From positions 36,616-79,850 of the forward strand of contig NC_068997.1 of assembly GCF_001194135.2 (NCBI RefSeq): a DNA stretch of 43,235 nucleotides, written 5' to 3'. The notes under the pieces are model-generated. The model was not told the origin of the DNA and ran no database searches. It saw only the letters and a program-made list of their open reading frames with translations. Position 1 is the first letter of the stretch; each line of letters starts with the position of its first letter. Positions 1 to 11,357 of the stretch are shown here, piece after piece. Source of the DNA: Octopus bimaculoides (Eukaryota). Both the position numbers and the translations under genes were made by a program.

Positions 1-350
1 TCGTAAGGCAATAGAGTGGCTCTGCTATACTGGCTAGGTTTGGGATAAACTTTCCATAAAACTGAACTGAACCTAGGAAAGATTTCAAGCTTGATTCGTT
101 CGTTGGAGATGGCATCTTTAAGACTGCTTCAACTTTGGATCCCTTAGTGATCCCTTCAGTCGACAAAATGTGTCCAAGGTTTTCTACACTGGGTAGTGCA
201 AACTGGCACTTTTCACGACGACATCTGAGTCCATTGTCGCTTAGACGTGTGAGCAGACACTTTAGGTTCAACAATGAAACAATGAACTCAGACGAACCAC
301 ATGACACACGGAACGTCAGACGAATTACATATCTAACAGTCCATATAACA
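1..350 (-). mobile_element. Ty3/Gypsy LTR (solo or 5' LTR), left boundary not seen
   Basis: Minus strand starts TGTTATATGG at 350. 269-350 is nearly identical to 43075-43157 of the PPT-flanked LTR at the window end. No PPT to its right. Confidence 0.6.
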
Positions 351-963
351 AAGACATTGGCACAAGCAATTCAAGATAAATGAAATGGCTAACAGGTATA
401 GTAAAGTGAAATTATGTTGCCACTGCTACTGAAGATGATGATGATTATAACTGAGGACTCAATGAAACTCAAGAGGACAATGATATTTTATGACAACTCA
501 GTTCCATTAAGTTGATATTTGACCAAGTAAAAATAAATATATATAAACTGAATCATTCAGTAAGACCATCGAGGTATGGCAACATCACTGAAGGCTTCTG
601 TGTTTATGTAATGTGAGAGGAACATGTCAGGTTGGCAAAACTCACCCCTCAACAACATATACAACCACAATTCAATTTGCATTCATAAAGCATACTATTT
701 TAAAAGCTGGGAGACAGAAAATTATGATATTCCAGCCTTTTTCAAGAGAATTAACAATGAGAAAAAAGTTAAATGGTTAGATTTGGGAATTGAAATAACT
801 TTTAAACCTTCACTGGGAACTTACTGCTTTTCTGTGATGAATAAGCTAAAAACATGTGTAAAATTGTGAAGGAAATAAAATTGAAAAAAAAAAAAATCAA
901 GCATATGATATTGTTATTTTAACCTTTCCAGGAATGGAATGGAATGGAAGAAGAAATATTTAC

Positions 964-1122
964 TGTCTTGACTTGTATCTGATGCTAATGAAGCTACTGC
1001 ATCCAATAAGCGGTTGCCAAGTTGACTGGGATCTTGACATAGTTGAAGAATTTGGTAACTTTCTCCTCCAGCAATTGGGTTAAAGATAAGATCATTGCAG
1101 ACAGATGATGGAGAATTTAGAC
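964..1122 (-). CDS. SPG11: Spatacsin exon (last in window), SLNSPSSVCNDLIFNPIAGGESYQILQLCQDPSQLGNRLLDAVASLASDTSQD
   Basis: Acceptor gtatttcctaacag, donor GTAAAT, phase 1 to 1. Matches human QMFNPTEESQTFLQLTTLCQDRTLVGMKLLDKISSV. No further coding exon found in 1-963. Confidence 0.92.
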
Positions 1123-2465
1123 CTGTTAGGAAATACACAATGTTAATTGATATGATTTCAAGAAATTTATCATGTGGAACAACAAACAATAACAAAAATA
1201 AAATCTCTGGCAAGATTTTTATGAATCAAAGTTTGTGCCATGAGTGGGTGGGCATTTGGGTGTGTGGACAGTGGTGGTGACAGCAGCTGTGATGCTGATA
1301 GTAGTATTATGATGATAATATCCATGAATAGAAACAAGTGAAATTGAGAAGTGAATTACACTGGTTTGTGGGATTCATGAAGAGGAGAAATTTAAAAGAA
1401 TTTCTGAAGTCAAGGTCAAATGAAGATAATTAAAAAAAACAAAATTAGCTGAGGCTTAAGTAATACAAAGTGATTTCACTGAATGAAAGTGAAATGATTT
1501 TGAGAAATGTTATGTTTGGAATCATCCTAAGAAACTGAACTTCAATTTTAAAGAACAATTTCTAGATGGGATTATGAAATATCCCTTCTAGATATTGCTC
1601 AATATGTTCTTATACAGGAGGATGGAAAATAACAAGGCCTAAAGGGAATTGAGGCTATAAGTAATAAATATAGGTAATATATTAATATGAATGTGAGTGT
1701 AGTATGGATGGGGACTGATGTATATATGAGTGACTGTTACATTTTGCCAACTGAGGTATATATTGGTGATTGACTTTCTTTTCTATTGATTAGGAGGAAA
1801 GAGTACATTTATGGTCATTTTATTCTTCAAAGACTGTTATGAAGAAGAGAGAAAGAGTTACGTTCCAATCAGAGAAGTGACATGAATGTTTGCAATAAAG
1901 TGAACTCCATTAAATCCATCTAAGGACCAAGTTGCAGTTTGAAAGGGAACAATAGATTAAATCCACCTCCCAAGAACTCAGGACACAATTGTTCTACATT
2001 CCAACACTTCTGCACTTTCAACTCCTTGGACTTGTACTTTATTATATCAAAACCCCCAAAAAAAGATAAAAGGTAAAGCAAACTTTGCAGTATGGGTAAT
2101 TTATGGCTAGTTTCTGAAGTGTATAATGCAAGAAGGTTTAATGATTCAAATAGCTGTGATGGAGATTGATATAGGAGTGTATCGGGGAGAGGGAGGAATG
2201 AGTTTTTAACCAATTCGAAGCATTTCTTATATACAAGAGTAGTTTGTAATATATTTAATAGTTTAAAAATAGCTTTTAATGTTGGTAAAAAATTATGTCA
2301 ATAATAAATCGCTGGTTTGAATATTGTTAAGAACATTAAAGATTGGATAATTTTAATACTGGTGTGAAATAACAATTGGTAAAAAATATGTCGGAGATGT
2401 GCATTCATGTAAATAATAAGAAATCTGTTACTTCATGAGAGCTTCAATAATATCAGTTTACATGT

Positions 2466-2680
2466 GGCGAGCTGGCAGAATCGTTAGCATGCCAGGTGAA
2501 ATGCTTAGCAGCATTTTATCTGTCTTTACATTCTGAGTTCAAATTCTGCTAAGGTCAACTTTGCCTTTCATCCTTTCAGGGTCAATAAATTAAGTATCAG
2601 TTGCGTACTGGAGTCGATCTAATCAACTGGCCCCCTCCCCAAAAATTTTGGGCCATGTGCCTAGAGTAGAAAAGAATATT
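2466..2680 (+). mobile_element. tRNA-derived SINE (family A), near full length
   Basis: A-box-like TGGCAGAATCG and B-box-like GAGTTCAAATTC. Related copies at 36739-36870 (+) and 37390-37548 (-). Confidence 0.8.
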
Positions 2681-3439
2681 AATTTACAGGTATAAAGCTA
2701 ATATTTTCATTACCTGAATTAGTTTGTATTAATACATAATTAGCTGTAATAAGAAATGGTAATCTCTGAATAGTATATACATTCAATTAATGTGACAACT
2801 AATTAGGTGTGTTAAAGAATGTTAGAATAGAAACCTTCAGAACTGAGATGACTTCACTCAACCAATCTGTGAGTGTATATACTACTGTTATATGAACGTA
2901 TATGTGTGAGTTAACATTTATTAAAAATGTATTAATATGCATAAAGACAACAGAAAATCAGTCTAAATTTTTTTCCTGATAATTGCATTTGTGCCCAATA
3001 TTTCTTAGTTTAATACTAATGCTGATGTCCTGTCAAATATGCAGCTATATCAGGGTAGGGTTGAGTCAAATGACAATATTCATCATCATCACCATCCTTT
3101 AATGTCTATGTTTTATGTTGGCATGTGTTGGATAGTTTGATTGGATCTCATGTGTCCAAGGATTACATCAAGCTCCAATGCCTGGTATGGTTTTTACCTG
3201 TGAATAATGATGGTGCCCTGGTTGGAACATATAAGAGAGTAACATCATTAAGGTAATTTCACTATCCACCAGTATATCTAGGCATCTATCTTTCTATTTT
3301 CTATCCATTGGTATATCTATGTGACAGATGATATAGATATGTTTGAACATTAAAACTAAGCATGGGACAGTGTCATGTATTTAGCTTTAGTGTATTAATA
3401 TATAGGTAATTAAAAAAAAAAGAAAGATGGAATTCCTTA

Positions 3440-5769
3440 GTGCCAAGAGAAAGAGAATGAATGGGAGAAAGAGAGTCTGCCGAAGGTCGACCCAACAGAG
3501 GGACCAGTTATCCTAATTGACAGTACCTTGGTAGATAAAGCGATCAAGAGTATGAAGACAGGGAAAGCCCCTGGCCCATCAAGAATCACTGCAGAGATGC
3601 TCAAAATATCTGGCAGTGTCGGCTATAGCTTAGTCACCCGTATAGTTAACCAGGTGATACACGAAGGAGTCACACCCAATGACTGGTGTAGCGGCACCAT
3701 AGTAAACTGCTACAAAGGTAAAGGTGACGCTTTAGACACAAACAACTACAGAGGTATCAAGTTGCTGGATCAGGTAATGAAAGTCACGGAGAGGGTCATA
3801 GCCCAACTAATTAGGGAGAGAGTCAGTTTAGATGAGATGCAGTTTGGGTTTGTGCCAGGAAAAAGCACTACTGATGCTATATTTCTGGTGAGACAGCTGC
3901 AGGAGAAATACCTAGCCAAAGATAAATCTCTGTATCTGGCTTTCATTGACATGGAGAAAGCCTGTGAAAGGGTCCCCCGCTCCCTTATCTGGTGGTCAAT
4001 GAGGAAACTAGGGATAGATGAATGATTAGTGAGAGCTGTGCGAGCCATGTACAGAGATGCTGCCAGTAAGGTGAGAGTTGGAAATGAGTACAGCAGTGAA
4101 TTCCGAGTAGAGGTAGGGGTCCACCAAGGTTCAGTCCTCAGTCCTCTCCTATTTATCATAGTTCTCCAGGCAATAACACAGGAATTAAAGATGGGATGCT
4201 CCTGGGAGCTCCTCTATGCTGATGACCTTGCCTTAATTGCTGAGTCACTATCAGAACTAGAGGAGAAGTTTCAGGTGTGGAAGCAAGGACTAGAATCGAA
4301 GGGCCTTAGAGTCAACCTAGCTAAAACCAAAGTCCTAATAGGTAAGAAGGCAGACAAAACACAAACCCCTTCAGGTAGATGGCCCTGCTCAATCTGTAGA
4401 AAAGACGTAGGTAGAAAGTCTATAAGATGTACCCAGTGTAAGCTATGGACACATAAGAGGTGCAGCAGTATCAGAGGAAAGCTAACTACCAAGATAGTTT
4501 TTGTATGTGGCAGATGCTCAGGAGCAATAAACACTGAAAAGGTGCAGAAAACAATTTCTGCCACATTCCAGGGAGAAAAACTAGACGTAGTTGATAGCTT
4601 CCACTATCTAGGTGACCAAGTTAGCAGTGGGGGAGGGTGTGCTGAAAGTGTAGCTGCTAGAATAAGAATAGCCTGGGCAAAGTTTAGAGAGCTCTTACCT
4701 CTGTTGGTGACAAAGGGACTCTCGCTCAGAATAGAAGGCAGACTGTATGACACAAGTATACGAACTGCCATGCTACATGGCAGTAAAACATGGGCCGTGA
4801 CTGCTGAGGACATGCGTAAGCTCGCAAGAAACGAAGCCAGTATGCTACGATGGATGTGTAATGTTAGTGTGCATATCCGACAGAGTGTAAGTATCTTGAG
4901 AGAAACGCTGAACATAAGAAGCATCAGTTGTGGTGTGCAAGAGAGACGATTGCACTGATATGGTCATGTGGCAAGAATGGATGAGGATAACTGTGTGAAA
5001 AAGTGCAACACCCTAGCAGTTGAGGGAACCCGTGGAAGAGGCAGGCCCAGGAAGACCTGGGATGAGGTGGTGAAGCACGACCTTTGAACTTTAGGCCTCA
5101 CCGAGGCAATGACCATTGACCGGGATCTTTGGAAATATGCAGTATGTGAGAAGACCTGGCAAGTCAAGTGAGAGCATAATCTGTGGCCTCTGCCAGAAAT
5201 GTAGCCAGCTCACTTATTCGTATTTTTACTTCATTGGACACTAAACTCCGCTTGCGAAGACATGTTGGGGCAAGTGAAACAGAAATCATAATTGAACCAT
5301 ATTCAATGACTAGCACCTGTGCCAGTGGAGCACTAACAGCACCGTCCAAGCGTGATCATTGCCAGAGCAACTGTCTGGTTTCCGTGCTAGTGGCATGTAA
5401 ATAGCACCATTAGAGTGTGATCGTTACCAGCGTCGCCTTACTGGCACGTGTGCCAGTGGCATGTTAGAAAATCATTCGAGCAAAGTTGTTGCCAGTGCCA
5501 TTGAACTAGCTCCTGTGCAGGTGGCACATAAAAAACATCATTTTGAGCGTGGCTGTTGCCAGTACCGTGTGACTGGCCCTTGTGCCAGTGGCACGTAAAA
5601 GCATCCACTACATTCTCGGAGTGGTTGGTGTTAGGAAGGGCATCCAGCTGTAGAAACTCTGCCAGATGAGATTGGAGCCTGGTGCAGCCATCCGGTTCAC
5701 CAGTCCTCAGTCAAATCGTCCAACCCATGCCAGCATGGAAAGCGGACGTTAAATGATGATGATGATGAT
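3440..5769 (+). mobile_element. 5'-truncated RTE-clade LINE: RT, PHD-type finger, C-terminal region, 3' UTR, (GAT)n tail; pseudogenised
   Basis: One frame carries RT motifs (KAPGP, YKGKGD, NYRGIKLL, QFGF, FIDMEKA, GVHQGSVLSPLLF, LLYADD, YLG) and the RTE end RGRPRKTW. In-frame TGA at 4023, 4956 and 5085; terminal TGA at 5169-5171; (GAT)n at 5752-5769. Confidence 0.93.
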
Positions 5770-5783
5770 CTCTCAAGGTCAAG

Positions 5784-5824
5784 CAAAGCCTTGTGTGTGG
5801 ATTTTGTTGATGAAAACAAAAAAG

Positions 5825-5871
<47 letters not shown>

Positions 5872-6140
5872 CGTGCGTGTGTGTGTGAATATCAGAGTAT
5901 GAGTGTGTTAGTGTCTCTTTGCCTCAGTACTATGTGCCAAATAACAAATGTTAATGTTATGCAAGTAATATTTTTATTCCCAATCTTCCAATGAAAATGT
6001 CTGACCATGGAGAAATATTATCTCACTTGGAAAGCAGTGTGAGTTGGCTACAGAAAGGGCATCTAGCTGTTTTAATGTCCACCTCAGCAAGATCCCATGC
6101 TGGCATGGAAAAGTGGAACTTATGACAATGATAAATAATG
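5784..6140 (+). mobile_element. SINE family B body and tail with internal (TG)n
   Basis: Same order as the 30500 copy: caaagccttgtg...gaaa...(TG)n...ttccatgaaaatgtc...gggcatc.agctg, ending cccatgctggcatggaaaa like the RTE tail. Confidence 0.6.
5830..5887 (+). repeat. (TG)n / (TGCG)n microsatellite
   Basis: Direct inspection. Confidence 0.97.
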
Positions 6141-6547
6141 ATCTATATAATCACTCAAGTGCTCCATGCGTCAGTCTCTCAACAGCAATATTAAATCAAA
6201 ATGGATAAATTAAATACGACACTTTTAACATATAAAATATCAGCTTGTTAGAATATTATGGTCTAAACTAATTGACAGAAACATGAATATGATTCCCAAG
6301 TCTCTGTTGTGGGCAGAATATGAATTGTCTCTTTGGGGATACATTACCAAGCATAATAACCAGAAGATTCACAGTGACATTTTAGCACATCTGCAATAAC
6401 CTTAGTCAGAAACTTTTAGCAAGGCTGTGTTATTAGTTACATTAACATAATTTGAGTTCCAAAGCTAACAGAAAATACGAAATTCTATTAGCTTTGGGAC
6501 AGGCTAATAGAAAACAATGATTCTATACTTATAAAAAAAATACTTAC

Positions 6548-6617
6548 TTGGACTTCTCAATTCAGGGGCACACACTTTCAGAGATTTTATTATAGCATCA
6601 GACAGGAACCCAGCAAG
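6548..6617 (-). CDS. SPG11: Spatacsin exon, LAGFLSDAIIKSLKVCAPELRSP
   Basis: Acceptor ttctatttaag, donor GTAAGT, phase 0 to 1. Matches human VAELVAEEVTRELL. Confidence 0.87.
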
Positions 6618-6999
6618 CTTAAATAGAATGTAATTAAGATAGTTTGTGAAACATTTTTCATCAATCAAAACTGTTAATAGTTGTTAGACTGACAACTCCT
6701 CCTTTAAGGGAAGACAATCATCCCAAATCAGCTCAAGGGGAATGAACAGTTTGGAGTGTAAAACAATTGTTGTAGAAATAATATAAAGCTTTCTCTTCCT
6801 CCACATCTGAAAGTATTGTTTTTTCATTTAACACAAAATTAACAGTTGAAGGGAGACAATTCAGTCCTTTAACCATTATCAACAAAATCTTCTGAGGATC
6901 ACAATCCTCCTGGCTGGGTAGCAGGATATGTGGAGTGGGGGAATTGTCAGCAGAGAAAAGGACAAATAATGTAAATGAGGCAGTGAGAGTGTGGAATAA

Positions 7000-7240
7000 A
7001 ATAATTAAGATTTAGCAAGTCTTGGAAACCATAGCAGCAACGTTTATTTTTGATTACCACTGCCTGGATATTAGAAGATAAACAGAAGGACCACGTTTAG
7101 AAGCTCTTCTGCTGACTAGCTTCAAGATGAATGGTAGTGACCTCAGGACTTTTTATTTGCCACTGACAATTTTAATGGACATGCTGATCAACATTACAAG
7201 GGATTAAGACATCTGGAGTTTCATGAGACAGGACCGGAAA
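7000..7240 (+). mobile_element. Decayed RTE LINE endonuclease fragment
   Basis: Resembles 27480-27600 at DNA level (tgacaattttaatggacatgctg vs gttgacatcaatggacatgttg; GDFNGHVG-type motif). Confidence 0.45.
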
Positions 7241-7256
7241 GACTGAAAGAAAGGGT

Positions 7257-7400
7257 GCAGACGTGACTATAGATTCAGGTATGGCTGTATAGCTGAGAAG
7301 TTTGCTTCCCAACCACAGGATTCCAGGTTCAATCCTACTGTATGGTACCTTATGCAAATGTTTCTTTAATCTATCCCCAGACTGACCAAACCCTTGTGTG
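7257..7400 (+). mobile_element. tRNA-derived SINE family B, 5' head
   Basis: ggtatggctg...aagtttgcttcccaaccac...ggttcaatcc (A/B-box-like). Similar heads at 10682, 30500, 31820 (+) and 22590-22745, 31640-31760 (-). Confidence 0.65.
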
Positions 7401-7672
7401 TGTTTTGTTTTGTTTTGGCCCTTCTTTCATGGTAGCTGGCATTCCCCTTTACTATGTTACCTAGCCTTTTTATCATAGTTCACAAGTCAAAATTAAAAAG
7501 ATAATTGTATTATTTCTGTTTTGGAATTTTCTAATTTTCTGAATTTTAACCGAAAAATTTATTTTTGTTTTCTAAGACAAAACAGTATGGATGATCCTGA
7601 TGTATAAAAGCTAACAGTTCTTAGTTTCAACCAGAGTAAAATGTAAAGAGAAGGCGCAGAGGATTCACTTAC

Positions 7673-7810
7673 CTGATTGTCTGAGACTGTGCTTGTTGCA
7701 AGAAATTCCTTAGCTAACTGAAAACGGGCATTGTTATTGACTTTCAGTAGCATTTCAAGAATTGTGAACTCATCTGATGTGATCACAAACTCGTATTTCT
7801 TTTCTAAAAT
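7673..7810 (-). CDS. SPG11: Spatacsin exon, ILEKKYEFVITSDEFTILEMLLKVNNNARFQLAKEFLATSTVSDNQ
   Basis: Acceptor ttttttatag, donor GTAAGT, phase 0 to 0. Matches human ELGCSYTDVAAQDGEAMLRKIL...RCKRAQAFISTQGL. Confidence 0.9.
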
Positions 7811-8294
7811 CTATAAAAAAGAGATGACATTTGTATTAGACTCATTGACAGAAACTAATGGTGACATAGGAATTGGATGAGAGGGAGAGTAGAAAAAAAA
7901 AAGAAAAGAAAAGAAAATGAAGGGTCAGACAGACAGACATGTGTGCATATATGCATACAGGTTTCAATAAAGTTATTGGAGAAAAGGTTTTCATAGTCAC
8001 ATACTCTCCTTATTGTCAACCCATAACTGTTTTCCAGGGAAGAGATTTCTTTATTCTACAGTTCTTCAATATTGCAAGAGTGACTGTTCAGAATGTTCAC
8101 AAGGAATGTTGGCATCACAGCTTAACTAAAGCAGGGACAAACATGGAAGACATTCATGCATTCATACACATTCTCTGTCACACACACACACAACTCTCTG
8201 AAGTTTTTAATCTATTAAATTCCCTCACATGGCATTTTTCAGCGTGAAGCTATAGTAGAAAATACCTGGTTAAGGTGCTGCATAGTGGAAGAGA

Positions 8295-9775
8295 ACCTGA
8301 TAAAACATTGCTGTGAAGTAAGCTTCTTATGAGATTGCCATGTTGATTACAAAGTCTACTCTGTGCAACAGAACTTGTTCTGGGCAAAGACAGGGCAAAC
8401 AAGCTTTTGCAGAACGATACAGTCAAGGGAAGGATCAACGACTTGTCTCAAGACTTCAAAGGTTAAATTCTTGACCAAGTAAGAGATTCTTCTGTTTTTA
8501 CCATCCAGTCTGATGAAAAAACTGATATTGATCAGTGTTCTCAGCTGATTTTGTGTCAGGCAACTGTGTAAGAGAGGAAATGATGCTCTGTCACACTATG
8601 GCTAGTTGTACAACAGCAGCTGCTAATTATCGTGATGTATCAAACTTCTTTCAGGAAAACCAACTTCCGTGCAATTCGCAGGTAGGGGTGGGCACTGATG
8701 GAACTCCAGCCATGCTTGGTCTGCAGTCTGGATTCATTACTAGGGTGAAAGAAAAAAAATCCATCTGTTGTAGGTAAAAAACTGCATACTTCATTGTAAC
8801 CTCAGCATCCAGACCCTTACCTACTGAAATGAGAAATGTCCTGAACGTGGCTATCAAGGTTGTCAAGTTTGTTAAAGGTGAAGCCTTAAACAGTCGTCTT
8901 TTCAAACTGTTGTGTAAAGATATGGGTTCTGAACATGAAGCATTGCTTTTTCGCATGAATGTACGATGGCTATCAAAGGGGGAACATGCTTGGACAGCTT
9001 TATGAACTACGAGAAGAAGTAGCGATATTTCTAGATTTGCAGCAGGAGACAGATTTCCATAACAAGTTCCAGTCTGGAGGCTTCCAGCTATCTCTAGCTG
9101 ACCTGGTGGACATCTTCAAAGCGTTGAATGCTTTTGAACTACAAGGGAAAAACATCAAAATTTTCATGCACTAATGACACCATTCGAACCTTCATGGCCA
9201 AATTCCACCTCTGGAAATGTCGAATTCAGCAGGGAAATACAACCAGTTATAGTTACTTGGATTCTACTCTCATTCATGGTAACCATGATTCTGAGTTAAA
9301 GAAACAAAAAAAATCACCCATCAAACTGACTTGAAAACAGAATTCATCAGATACTTCCCAGATAAAGACGAAAAGCGTTAAGCTTGGAAATTCATCAGAA
9401 ACCCATTTCAGTGTGAAATGATGTTTTGGATGAAGTGCAGAGGAGATTTTTGAGCTGAAGTTCAATTCCCCAGCTAAGGAAGACTTCAGAGAAATGGATC
9501 TTGAAATGTTCTGGATCAAGTATCTTCCTGTTTACCCGCTGATCTCACATCAGGCTCTTTGGATCTTAGCTATGTTTGGATCCATGTGAAGTTGCATTTT
9601 CCACACTCGCTCCTGTCAAGACCAGCTACATAAACAGACTGAGTGTTGAAAGGGACTTATGTTGTGCACTCTTTGGCATTCAACGACACATTCAAGATCT
9701 TGTGGCTAAGAAGCAGTGTCAAGTATCTCGCTTTTTGTATGATGTGATAAGATATAAGACCATGCGTATTTTGTA
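8295..9775 (+). mobile_element. Decayed hAT transposase, Charlie/Buster type (ZBED5/SCAND3/FAM200-like)
   Basis: Frameshifted pieces: DEKTDID, VGVGTDGTPAMLG, HC, LPTEMRNVLNVAIKVVKFVK...LNSRLFKLLCKDMGSEHEALLF..VRWLSKG, KFHLWKCRIQQG, CEVAFSTLAPVKTSYINRLSVERDL. TIRs not located. Confidence 0.88.
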
Positions 9776-10062
9776 AAATGTGACTAATGCATATTAAAAA
9801 AAAAAAACCGACCATCCCAAAATACAGCAGAGAAATACAGCCCCAGTTTTAGTTGCTTGGACGCTACTCTCATTCGCAGTAACCATGATTATGAGTTAAA
9901 CAAAATAAATCAGCCATCAAACTGAATTGAAAACAGAATTCATCAGATACTTCCCAGGTATACTGAAACACAGACTAAAAACATATTTTAGATTTTATTT
10001 AAAATCTGGGAGGGATTTTTATTCATAGATGAAAGGGAGGGCGTGGAGAGAAGAATACATTC

Positions 10063-10183
10063 NNNNNNNNNNNNNNNNNNNNNNNNNNNNNNNNNNNNNN
10101 NNNNNNNNNNNNNNNNNNNNNNNNNNNNNNNNNNNNNNNNNNNNNNNNNNNNNNNNNNNNNNNNNNNNNNNNNNNNNNNNNNN
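10063..10183. other. Assembly gap (N)
   Basis: Run of N. Confidence 1.
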
Positions 10184-10470
10184 ACCACTGGGTTAGAGCA
10201 TCAGGCTCACAAGCTTGAGGTACTGACTTCAATTCCTGCACTTGAGCAAGACATTTTATTTCATGTAGCTGCAGTTCACTCACCAATAGAAATGAGTTGC
10301 AACATCACTTGCGCCAAGCTGTATCAGCCCCTTTGCCTTTCCCGTGGATAACATCAGTGGCATGGAGATGGGAGGCTGCTGATCTTCCATAAGCAACCTT
10401 ACCCAAACTTGTTTCTCAGAGGGTAACTTTCTCAGTGCAAACCCATGATCATTCATGACCAAAAGGATCT
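10184..10470 (+). mobile_element. Probable tRNA-derived SINE (family C)
   Basis: tRNA-like head (gggttagagc...acttcaattcc) followed by a GC-richer body. Family assignment by eye only. Confidence 0.45.
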
Positions 10471-10950
10471 ATTTCTTACCTACACAGTAACCCAGATAGC
10501 CCTAACTTACAGAGTGGAATGATGCACTCTGTTTCTGACCACAATTTTGCTTTTTCTCCACATTGACTTTCAAGAGTGACACTATTATTTCAGGTTTAAA
10601 ATTTTTCAGTAGCTTTAAACTTATGCCGTTAGCTTCAAATAATCATATTCTCAATATATTGTATGTACATCAATGAAAAATAGGCATGGCTGAAGGGTAA
10701 CAAGTTTGCTTTACAATCATGTGGATCCTGGTTTACTTTCTTCATAGAACACCTTCAGCAAGTTTTCTTTCATAGCCTCAGGTAAAGCTAAGCATTATGA
10801 AATTAGGTAGATGGAAACTGTGCAGAAGCCCATCAAATGGCTTACATGTTCAGTGGTAGACTAAATAATTTACTCAGTATAACACAGCTGCTAAATACTT
10901 GTGGGCTTTTAGCAGAGGCCACTATTGCAAGCAATTACACTAGGTATCTT

Positions 10951-11357
10951 GGGCTTGCGAAGACTTATTGGGGCAAGCGAAAGTGAAACCGTCAATGGCA
11001 CCTGTGCCCAGCATCGCCTTCCTGGCACCTGTGCCAGATGGCATGTGTAAAGACATTTGAGCGAGATCATTGCCAGTGCCGCCGAACTGGCTCCTGTGCA
11101 GGTGGCACATAAAATACACCATTTTGAGCATGGCTGTTGCCAGTACTGCCTGACTGGCCTTTGTGCCGGTGGCACGTAAAAGCACCCACTACACTCTCTG
11201 AGTGGTTGGCGTTAGGAAGGGCATCCAGCTGTAGAAACTCTGTCAAATCAGATTGGAGCCTGGTGCAGCCTTCTGGTTTCACCAGTCCTCAGTCAAATTG
11301 TCCAACCCATGCTAGCATGGAAAGCAGACGTTAAACGACGACGATGATGATGATGAT
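10951..11357 (+). mobile_element. RTE LINE 3' end (5'-truncated) with hairpin units and (GAT)n tail
   Basis: Homologous to 5250-5769; ends gacgttaaacgacgacgatgatgatgat. Confidence 0.88.

Noticed and set aside
430-480. CTGAAGA / CTGAGGA ... GAAA motifs, and similar ones at about 35590-35640.
   Set aside because: No valid stem II closing pair or stems I and III; not hammerheads.
4023-4958. Both stops in the RT frame (4023, 4956) are TGA at expected Trp positions, which A-to-I editing could read back as Trp.
   Set aside because: TGG-to-TGA is a common nonsense change. The copy is 5'-truncated, antisense to the host gene, and has a third stop (5085) at a probable Arg codon.
5305-5605. Regularly spaced palindromic repeats superficially like a CRISPR array.
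   Set aside because: Eukaryotic LINE 3' UTR context; spacers are homologous to each other; no cas genes.
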